Virus record (IMG/VR): IMGVR_UViG_3300038317_000069
Location: 1 to 36,323 of that record
DNA length: 36,323 nucleotides
Strand: one strand, 5' to 3'
From: a virus
The position numbers and the translations under genes are program-made. The notes under the pieces are model-generated. The model was given only the letters and a program-made list of their open reading frames with translations. It had not been told where the DNA came from and did not search any database. Every line of letters begins with the position of its first letter. Positions within the stretch are counted from its first letter, which is position 1. Shown here one piece after another: positions 9,058 through 15,992 of this stretch.

Positions 9058-9440
9058 TTATCCTCTTCATCCTCAATAGCCTTTATAATCCTAATAATTT
9101 GTTTAATACCATTAGGGGATAAGTCCTTAGTTTGTTTAAATAATAATTGCAAATCTTCTCTTTCTTTTAATTCATTCCAGAACTCAAACAATTCAGGGTC
9201 ATCTTCTACAGCATTAGTTATTTCATCTGATGTATTTCTTATGTTTGATATACCTAGGAGATAATCAACACTTGTACCAAAAAAGCCTGCTAGCTTTATA
9301 AGCTTTTCATAATCAGGCTGCTTTCCTTTTGTTTCATATTCTGCTATTGTTGCCCTTCCGACACCTAAAATATCAGCAATATCTTGTTGTGTAAATCCTT
9401 TTTCTTCTCTTAATGACTTTAATCTTTCGCTAAACATCAT
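9048..9440 (-). CDS. CI-like repressor (XRE-family HTH)
   Basis: LKSLREEKGFTQQDIADILGVGRATIAEYETKGKQPDYEKLIKLAGFFGTSVDYLLG is a classic XRE HTH. Transcribed divergently from a Cro-like gene. RBS AAAGGGGTGA. Confidence 0.85.
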   Translation of the reverse strand: MMFSERLKSLREEKGFTQQDIADILGVGRATIAEYETKGKQPDYEKLIKLAGFFGTSVDYLLGISNIRNTSDEITNAVEDDPELFEFWNELKEREDLQLLFKQTKDLSPNGIKQIIRIIKAIEDEEDKEY

Positions 9441-9462
9441 AATATCACCCCTTTTTAATATG

Positions 9463-9490
9463 ATTATATAACAATTGTGCCTAAAGTAAA
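9463..9490 (-). promoter_or_regulatory. Candidate leftward (repressor) promoter
   Basis: On the minus strand: TTTACT (9490-9485), 16-nt spacer, TATAAT (9468-9463). Overlapped by a GTGCCTAA operator half-site. Confidence 0.45.
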
Positions 9491-9594
9491 CAATTAGTGC
9501 CTATAATGAACAAAATAAAAGGAAAACTTAAAAAAACAGTTGACATAGTGCCTAACTGGAACTATAATATAAATATACAGTTCCAGTTAGGCAC
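9477..9594. promoter_or_regulatory. Operator set of the lysis-lysogeny switch
   Basis: GTGCCTA(A/T) at 9477, 9497 and 9548, and inverted TTAGGCAC at 9587-9594. A perfect 16-bp inverted repeat GTGCCTAACTGGAACT (9548-9563) / AGTTCCAGTTAGGCAC (9579-9594) wraps the rightward promoter. Confidence 0.7.
9540..9568 (+). promoter_or_regulatory. Rightward early promoter (PR-like)
   Basis: Consensus TTGACA (9540-9545), 17-nt spacer, TATAAT (9563-9568). It is 44 nt upstream of the Cro-like gene. Confidence 0.8.
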
Positions 9595-9611
9595 AGAAAG
9601 GAGGTAATAAA

Positions 9612-9830
9612 TTGAGAATTAAATTAAAAGATATTAGACTAAAAAACAACTTAACCCATGAAGAAATAGCAAAAAAAGTAGGAATTAACAGAGCAACATA
9701 TACGAATATAGAACTAGGACACAAAAACCCATCTCTTGATGTTGCTATAAGAATAAAAAAAGCACTTAATTATAAGGATGATGATATTTTTTTAGTTACT
9801 AGGTGTCAAAATGGCACTAAGAGTAAATAA
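9612..9830 (+). CDS. Cro-like XRE-family HTH regulator
   Basis: TTG start after AAAGGAGGT. LKDIRLKNNLTHEEIAKKVGINRATYTNIELGHKNPSLDVAIRIKKAL. Confidence 0.8.
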   Translation: MRIKLKDIRLKNNLTHEEIAKKVGINRATYTNIELGHKNPSLDVAIRIKKALNYKDDDIFLVTRCQNGTKSK

Positions 9831-9848
9831 AAAAGAGGGGGTAAAAGA

Positions 9849-10052
9849 ATGGCAATTTTAGAAAGGGGGATTATGATGCAGGATTTAATGACTGTAAAGG
9901 ATTTGCAGGATTATCTAGGGGTTGGGAGAGCAAAGGCATATGAGTTAGTAAATGCACCAGATTTCCCAGTCCTTAGGATTGGGAGAAGTATAAGAATACC
10001 AAAGAATCTATTAGAAGAATGGATTATAAAGAATGTGGAGGTGGAAAGATGA
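9849..10052 (+). CDS. Excisionase-like / MerR-superfamily HTH_17 DNA-binding protein
   Basis: MTVKDLQDYLGVGRAKAYELVNAPDFPVLRIGRSIRIPKNLLEEWI matches the HTH_17 (Xis/AlpA-like) pattern. Confidence 0.7.
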   Translation: MAILERGIMMQDLMTVKDLQDYLGVGRAKAYELVNAPDFPVLRIGRSIRIPKNLLEEWIIKNVEVER

Positions 10053-10306
10053 ACTATTACACTAGAGAGCAGGCAATAGGCTACTTAATAATAGCAGCTA
10101 GAATGTTAGGTTTAAATGAAAAAGAGATAAAAGATTTAGTATACAAGATGGAAGATGAAATGGACGCTTGGACAAAAGAAACTGCAGAGCAAAATTTTGA
10201 TTATGCTAACCAAGAATATATAGATGCTGCTATTTATGAACTCAAGGCAGCAAACGAAAAATTTAGTGCAATGCTAAAAGAAAAAAGGGGTGAAAAAAAT
10301 GAATAA
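10049..10306 (+). CDS. Hypothetical early protein
   Basis: ATG 10049 after GGAGGTGGAAAG. The track start 10019 has no RBS. Confidence 0.55.
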   Translation: MNYYTREQAIGYLIIAARMLGLNEKEIKDLVYKMEDEMDAWTKETAEQNFDYANQEYIDAAIYELKAANEKFSAMLKEKRGEKNE

Positions 10307-10490
10307 ATGTTTTGCAGATTTGGGAAGTTGTAAAATTTTAAAAATTAAAAAGTGCCAGGGATGTAAATTTTATAAGACTGAAGAACAATTAGAAAATGAG
10401 AGAAAAAAATCATTCAAAAGGCTAAAATCTTTGGACAAGCTTACAAGAATTAATATTGCTGAAAAATACAAGATTGGAGGTATTGTCTAA
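10299..10490 (+). CDS. Hypothetical small Cys-containing protein
   Basis: ATG 10299 after GGGGTGA. CFADLGSCKILKIKKCQGCKFY gives a four-Cys cluster. Confidence 0.5.
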   Translation: MNKCFADLGSCKILKIKKCQGCKFYKTEEQLENERKKSFKRLKSLDKLTRINIAEKYKIGGIV

Positions 10491-10847
10491 ATGAAAAGGA
10501 GGATAGACAGTAAACCCTATGTAATAGACGTGATGGAGGAAATCGCAAAAGAAAGAAAAAGATTAGAAAAAATCGTTTTTGGTCCTGAATACAAGAAACA
10601 TCCACAATGGCGTTGGATGGAAGATTGGTTAGCAAAGTCAGATAAAGAACATTATGAGGAAATGAAGTCATTCGATATGAATATATGGTGTGATATATGC
10701 GGAAAGAAAGGCAGATTCTTCTTAGCAATGGATTTTTCATTCTGTGATGAGTATGACTGTGGGATACAAATTTGTGGCGAATGTTTGAACAAGATGAAAA
10801 AGATATTCACTCATGATATGAAAGTGAGGTCTCAAAATGAAAAATGA
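10491..10847 (+). CDS. Hypothetical protein with a C-terminal Cys cluster (possible zinc ribbon)
   Basis: WCDICGKKG...CDEYDCGIQICGECLNKM. Translationally coupled to the upstream gene. Confidence 0.55.
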   Translation: MKRRIDSKPYVIDVMEEIAKERKRLEKIVFGPEYKKHPQWRWMEDWLAKSDKEHYEEMKSFDMNIWCDICGKKGRFFLAMDFSFCDEYDCGIQICGECLNKMKKIFTHDMKVRSQNEK

Positions 10848-10986
10848 TGAGAAAATCCAAGCCATTGTTAAAGAAGCAGCTAAGATTTTGAGAGATTATC
10901 CTCATTTGAAATATTCAGAAGCAATTACAAAGGCTAAGGAGGTGTTGAAGGATGAAAGAAAGCTTCACTTGGAGAAACGCAGCTAA
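10837..10986 (+). CDS. Small hypothetical protein (49 aa), absent from the ORF track
   Basis: ATG 10837 after GTGAGGT; MKNDEKIQAIVKEAAKILRDYPHLKYSEAITKAKEVLKDERKLHLEKRS; TAA at 10984-10986. Confidence 0.4.
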   Translation: MKNDEKIQAIVKEAAKILRDYPHLKYSEAITKAKEVLKDERKLHLEKRS

Positions 10987-11104
10987 ATATTTTACACTAG
11001 GACAAGCAGTTGATATGTACAAGCATAATATCGCAACTATTATTACAGATGGTAAGGATGTTACCTTTGAAATAGAAGAACCTACCAGTCACCAAACTAA
11101 ATAG
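10952..11104 (+). CDS. Small hypothetical protein (50 aa), absent from the ORF track
   Basis: ATG 10952, 7 nt after the strong RBS AAGGAGGTG; MKESFTWRNAAKYFTLGQAVDMYKHNIATIITDGKDVTFEIEEPTSHQTK; TAG at 11102-11104. Confidence 0.5.
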   Translation: MKESFTWRNAAKYFTLGQAVDMYKHNIATIITDGKDVTFEIEEPTSHQTK

Positions 11105-11160
11105 GTTCTAAGGAAAATTTTTATCTAACTAAATTATATCACGAAAGGAGAGAAAAATGA

Positions 11161-11547
11161 ATGCCTTATACATTAGAACTTGAGGATTTGAAAAATAAAT
11201 CTAAAGAAGAAATTGAAGTTCAGATTTGTTATTTATCTGAAGAAAATACAGATTTAAGACAGAAGATTAAAACTGGAAAGCAGGCAGAAGAGATATTGAA
11301 GAAGAATGAATGCAGACTAATACAGTTGATGGATTGCTATTTAGGTGTAGGAGAAACAGTGAATTTACCTAAAAAAAAATACGAGATTTTAAAAAGAGAA
11401 ATGCAAAGAGCTGACAGCTTGTATGGGGTTCAAAAAGACTTAAAAGAATTAAAGGACCTGATTAGCAGAAGTAATTATCAGCTAGATCAGAAAGAGATTT
11501 TTAGAATTTTAGATAACGTAGATAAAAGCATAGAGGAGGAAATGTGA
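11161..11547 (+). CDS. Hypothetical early protein (coiled coil)
   Basis: 128-aa ORF after AAAGGAGAG. No motif recognised. Confidence 0.6.
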   Translation: MPYTLELEDLKNKSKEEIEVQICYLSEENTDLRQKIKTGKQAEEILKKNECRLIQLMDCYLGVGETVNLPKKKYEILKREMQRADSLYGVQKDLKELKDLISRSNYQLDQKEIFRILDNVDKSIEEEM

Positions 11548-12056
11548 TGTTAGAAGAAAGAGAAGTTTTTAAAGTTACAAATGACCAAGAAGCTGAGTGG
11601 GTTATTGAGAAATACAATGAAGAAATGCTTGAAAAGGCTAGATATAAGGAAAGTCTACAAGCTAAGATGGAGGGTCTCCAGGAGAAACTTAGAAAATTGG
11701 AAAATGAGGAAAGGGAGGCTAAAGAAAGAAGAGACTCCTACCTAATAGAATATTTTGAGTCTATAGATGATAAATTCAAGAAAAAGACTAAAACTCAAGA
11801 AAAATATAGATTGCCTTCTGGGGAGATCATCAAGAAATATCCTAATCCAGAGTTCAAAAGGGATAATAACAAACTATTGAAATGGATTAAAGCTAATGAG
11901 CTAGATTATGTAGAAGTAAAGGAAACTCCTAAATGGGGAGAGCTAAAGAAAGTTATTAAAGTAATAAATGGACAAGTAGTAACTGAGAATGGAGAAATAA
12001 TCGAAGGTGTGGAAGTAGTAGAAAGGCCACCAGTTATGGAATTTAAGGAGGTATAG
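11544..12056 (+). CDS. Gam-like host-nuclease inhibitor / Gp157-like recombination-module protein (putative)
   Basis: About 170 aa. N-terminus FKVTNDQEAEWVIEKYNEEMLEKARYKE then a coiled coil. Lies upstream of a Sak4-like ATPase. The probable start is ATG 11547. Confidence 0.45.
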   Translation: MMLEEREVFKVTNDQEAEWVIEKYNEEMLEKARYKESLQAKMEGLQEKLRKLENEEREAKERRDSYLIEYFESIDDKFKKKTKTQEKYRLPSGEIIKKYPNPEFKRDNNKLLKWIKANELDYVEVKETPKWGELKKVIKVINGQVVTENGEIIEGVEVVERPPVMEFKEV

Positions 12057-12058
12057 GG

Positions 12059-12421
12059 ATGGAGAAAATAAGCGAAAAAATTGATTTATCTAAACAAGTT
12101 CTAGAAATAGATATTGAAAGTCCAATATTTAATGCTATGCTTCATGACTTAAATTCAGAAATAAAAAGAGTTATTGAAAAAGTATATGATGAAGAATTTG
12201 AGGTTAGGGAAATATCTTTAAAATTGAAACTTAATATAAATGATGAAGTTAAAGAATATCCAAAAGAAAATGAATTTGGCGAATTGGTTAATGAAGCGTA
12301 TGGATTATATACAGAGGAAAAGGAAGTTAAATGTATAGATGGTGAATACATGGTAGTGCCTTTAAAAGAACCACAATTAAACATGTTTGAGGAGGGATTA
12401 AATGACACTACAAATTACTAA
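12059..12421 (+). CDS. Hypothetical acidic protein
   Basis: 120 aa, rich in E/D. Sits in the recombination module. Confidence 0.55.
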   Translation: MEKISEKIDLSKQVLEIDIESPIFNAMLHDLNSEIKRVIEKVYDEEFEVREISLKLKLNINDEVKEYPKENEFGELVNEAYGLYTEEKEVKCIDGEYMVVPLKEPQLNMFEEGLNDTTNY

Positions 12422-13103
12422 TGCAGCAGATATTAAAGCAACTAAGGGGACCTATTTAATATATGGTGCTCCCGGAATGGGAAAGACTACAGCTCTTAAA
12501 TATCTTCCAGGCAAAACTTTAGTATTGGATGTGGATAGGACAAGTAAAGTACTTAAAGGTTGTAAAAATATTGACATAGTACAAGTAGATAATATTGGTA
12601 CTTGGGATTTTTGGGAGAAGTTAATCATAGAGCTATATGAGAACTACAAGGGAAAATACGACAATGTTTGTGTTGATAATGTTAGTGAATTAGAGAGATG
12701 CATCTTGAGTGATTTAGGATCCAAAGGCAAAAACAAAGGCGTACCTTCTCAAGGTGATTACCAATATATGCAGTTCAGATTAGTAAACTCTTTAAGATAT
12801 ATGAAAAATTTAGGATGTAACATAATATGGACAGCCTGGGAAACTACAGACTTATATACTACAGCAGAAGGACAGCAATACAACAGAAGTTATCCTCAAA
12901 TTAACGGAAAAATATTGAATAATGTTTTAGGATTGTGTGATGTAGTAGGCAGATTAATGATTAATAATGAAGGTGAAAGAGGATTTGCCTTAACAGCTAC
13001 AAATTCAACTTTTGCTAAGAATCAGCTTGACGATAGGAAAGGTTGTCTACAAAATGAATTAATTTTGGCAGGTGATGGCAATGGCAAAAAGAAAACCCCA
13101 TAA
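12402..13103 (+). CDS. Sak4-like RecA-fold ATPase (AAA_24 family)
   Basis: Walker A in LIYGAPGMGKTT and Walker B in NVCVDNVSELE. Size and synteny with a DUF669 SSB support the call. Confidence 0.8.
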   Translation: MTLQITNAADIKATKGTYLIYGAPGMGKTTALKYLPGKTLVLDVDRTSKVLKGCKNIDIVQVDNIGTWDFWEKLIIELYENYKGKYDNVCVDNVSELERCILSDLGSKGKNKGVPSQGDYQYMQFRLVNSLRYMKNLGCNIIWTAWETTDLYTTAEGQQYNRSYPQINGKILNNVLGLCDVVGRLMINNEGERGFALTATNSTFAKNQLDDRKGCLQNELILAGDGNGKKKTP

Positions 13104-13737
13104 AGATTTGACGGGTCAAAGATTTGGGAGATTAACAGTTTTAAAGTATCTAGGTGAATCTAAATGGCTATGTCAATGTGAATGTGGAAATTACTCAAGT
13201 CCTAAAGGATATAATTTGACAAACGGAATAACTAAATCTTGTGGGTGCTTGCAAAGGGATATAGTAAGCAAACAATCCACTAAACATGGAATGGCTGATA
13301 CGAGGATCTATAAAATTTGGCGAAACATGAAACAAAGATGCAGTAATCCAAACGCTACAAAATATGAAATATATGGTGGAAAAGGCATTAAAGTATGTGA
13401 TGAATGGCTAAAATTTATGAATTTTTATAACTGGTCTATAGCAAATGGTTACAACGATAATTTAAGTATTGACAGAATAGATGGGGACAAAGATTATACT
13501 CCAGAGAATTGCAGATGGGTAACTTATAAGGTCCAAGGAAATAACACAGAACAAAACCATATTCTAACATATAGAGGGAAAACACAAAATATTACCCAAT
13601 GGGCAGAAGAATTAGAGATCGATTCCAACACTTTGAACACACGAATTTCCAGAGGGTGGAACATAGAAAAAGCATTAACAACCCCCGTAATGCAGGAACT
13701 AGAAAGAGACAACAAAGGAAGATTCATCAATGCGTGA
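13081..13737 (+). CDS. Free-standing HNH-type homing-endonuclease-like protein
   Basis: LTGQRFGRLTVLKYLGESKWLCQCECGN...SCGC zinc-cluster N-terminus, LSIDRIDGDKDYTPENCRWVT HNH-like core, and a C-terminal HTH-like QWAEELEIDSNTLNTRISRGW. Alternative starts are 13072 and 13075. It overlaps both neighbouring genes. Confidence 0.6.
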   Translation: MAKRKPHKDLTGQRFGRLTVLKYLGESKWLCQCECGNYSSPKGYNLTNGITKSCGCLQRDIVSKQSTKHGMADTRIYKIWRNMKQRCSNPNATKYEIYGGKGIKVCDEWLKFMNFYNWSIANGYNDNLSIDRIDGDKDYTPENCRWVTYKVQGNNTEQNHILTYRGKTQNITQWAEELEIDSNTLNTRISRGWNIEKALTTPVMQELERDNKGRFINA

Positions 13738-15065
13738 ATTAAGGGATTATCAAAGAAAACTACTCAATCAAGTAAGGGAGGCATATTTGGCAGGGTACAA
13801 TGCTCCATGCATTGTTTCACCCTGCGGTTGAGGGCAGTGGCAAAACAGTTATCATGGCGGATATGGCAAAAAAAGCAGCAGAAAAAGGCAATAGGACATT
13901 GTTCCTGGTCCACAGAAAAGAGTTGAAGGATCAGACTATAGACACCTTAAAATGGTGGGGTGCTGATATGGACTATATAGAAGTAGGTATGGTCCAAACA
14001 ATAGTTAGGAGATTAGAAAAGACTCCTGAACCTAAATTAATTATCACTGATGAAAACCACCATTCACTGGCAAAGAGCTACAGGAAAATATATGACTATT
14101 TTCCTAATGCAAGGTTAGTAGGATTTACAGCAACGCCAGTAAGGCTAAATGGCGGGGGATTAGGAGATGTAAATGATGTGTTAATCAAAGGGCCTACAGT
14201 TACTGAATTAATTGGGTGGGGAAACTTAGCACCTTTCAAATACTATGCTCCTGAGATAGTTGATACTTCTAAGTTAAGAGTTAAGAGAGGAGAATACGTA
14301 GCAAGTGATATAGATGAAATGTTTAGAAATAAAGCTATTTGGGGAGATGTAATAAGCCACTATAAGAAGTTAAGTTACGGAAAGCAAGCCATATGTTATT
14401 GCAGCAGTATAAAGCAATCAAAGGAAATGGCAGAAGAATTTAATAAATCAGGAATTAAAGCTAGACATATTGATGGAGAAACTCCAGAACCTGAAAGAGA
14501 AGCAGTAATAGAATGTTTTAGACAAGGTGAGATTATGGTCCTTTGTAATGTGGACCTAATTTCAGAAGGATTTGACGTTCCAGATTGTAACACAGCTATA
14601 TTATTAAGACCTACACAAAGTCTAGGATTATTCATCCAGCAATCAATGCGACCTATGCGGCCTAAACCTGGCAAGACAGCTATAATAATTGACCATGTAG
14701 GAAACGTAGGAAGGTTTGGAACACCTGACATTGAAAGAGAATGGACCTTAGACCCAAAGAAAGGATCCAATACTACGGTTCAGGAAGAAAATCCAGTTAG
14801 ACAATGCCCTGAATGTTTCTACACTGTTGAAAGAAGTGCAACGGTTTGTCCTGAATGCGGATATAAATTTGGACAAGAACCAGAGGATGTTGAGCAAATA
14901 GAAAGTGAATTAATTGAAGTAGGTTCCTTTGGTGGATTTACTACAGATTATAGAGAGCCAAGGGACTGTAAGAACATGGGTGAGCTCTACAGCTTAGCTA
15001 AAAATAGAGGATATAAAAAAGGCTGGGCTTATTACCAAGGAAAGCTGAGAGGATTTATTAAATAA
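13730..15065 (+). pseudogene. SF2 (DEAD/ResIII-type) helicase interrupted by a +1 frame break at motif I
   Basis: ATG 13730 gives MRELRDYQRKLLNQVREAYLAGYNAPCIVSPCG, then TGA at 13829-13831. The +1 frame continues ...PAVEGSGKTVIMADM...LFLVHRKELKDQ...IITDENHH (DExH)...GFTATP, and ends with a zinc ribbon CPECFY..CPECG. Confidence 0.8.
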
Positions 15066-15078
15066 AGGAGGTAATGAG

Positions 15079-15453
15079 GTGAACAAAATATTAGAATTTG
15101 CGAAGGAAAACAGAACAACGACCTATTTTAGAGACATGGCAATAAAAGAAATAAAACTAGCCTATAGGATTATGGAATATTTAGCACCTGATGATGTTTT
15201 TCCACCAAAAAATCTATCTGATGTAACGCAATTGTTGTTGGATAATAGAAAATTTGATATAGCAATAGAAAAAATAATCGAAGAAACTGAATGCGATAGT
15301 AGTTCTTCTCATGGAACTGAAGCATTAAGAGAGAATATGTTGGAAACAATTAAATTCTTATATGAAGAAAGAAACTCAAAATCAAATAAGAAAAAGCTAG
15401 GGAGAATCAGAGAGCTAGAAGAAGAATTAAAACAATTAAAGGAGGAATGCTAG
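15079..15453 (+). CDS. Hypothetical protein
   Basis: GTG start after AAGGAGGTAATGAG. 124 aa. Confidence 0.55.
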   Translation: MNKILEFAKENRTTTYFRDMAIKEIKLAYRIMEYLAPDDVFPPKNLSDVTQLLLDNRKFDIAIEKIIEETECDSSSSHGTEALRENMLETIKFLYEERNSKSNKKKLGRIRELEEELKQLKEEC

Positions 15454-15951
15454 ATGTTTAATTTTCAAGTAAATCATGATGAAGCTTATGATGGAAATTT
15501 AATTGAGGAAGGTACTTATGAGGTTATAGTTCATAAAGCTTTTGAGGATGTAGCAAAGTCAGGAACAATGTTTATAAATTTACAACTAGTTGTTAGAAAT
15601 GATGTAGACCAGAAATACAAAAACAAATATATCTTTGCTAGTATTTGGCAGTCAAAACAAACTGGAGAGTATCACAAAGGAATGTTAAATACAGTTGCTA
15701 AAGCTTTAAGGATTGAAAATGGCAAGAGATACAATAGTTTAGAAGAATTATTGAATGATTTTGTAAATAGAACTGCAAGAGTGACAGTAAAACACGAAGA
15801 ATATAATGGTAATGTAAATGCTAGAGTAAAGGCCTGGGAGCAAAGCAGATACCAAACTTGCAACCACCAATTTAAAGACAGTAGTAATAGCAATAGTGGA
15901 TTTAATTTGGATGGATTTACCCCAGTAGATGATAGTGATTTACCATTTTAA
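15454..15951 (+). CDS. DUF669-type single-stranded DNA-binding protein
   Basis: Size and N-terminus (GNLIEEGTYEVIV) fit DUF669. The acidic C-terminal tip DDSDLPF is typical of SSB tails. A partner Sak4-like gene lies nearby. Confidence 0.7.
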   Translation: MFNFQVNHDEAYDGNLIEEGTYEVIVHKAFEDVAKSGTMFINLQLVVRNDVDQKYKNKYIFASIWQSKQTGEYHKGMLNTVAKALRIENGKRYNSLEELLNDFVNRTARVTVKHEEYNGNVNARVKAWEQSRYQTCNHQFKDSSNSNSGFNLDGFTPVDDSDLPF

Positions 15952-15992
15952 CCAGAGGGGATTTATTTCCCCTCAAAAGGAAGTGATGACTG

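Noticed and set aside
10450-10740. Minus-strand ORF 10450..10740
   Set aside because: It runs opposite to the co-directional early operon, overlaps two + strand genes that have RBSs, and has no RBS of its own.
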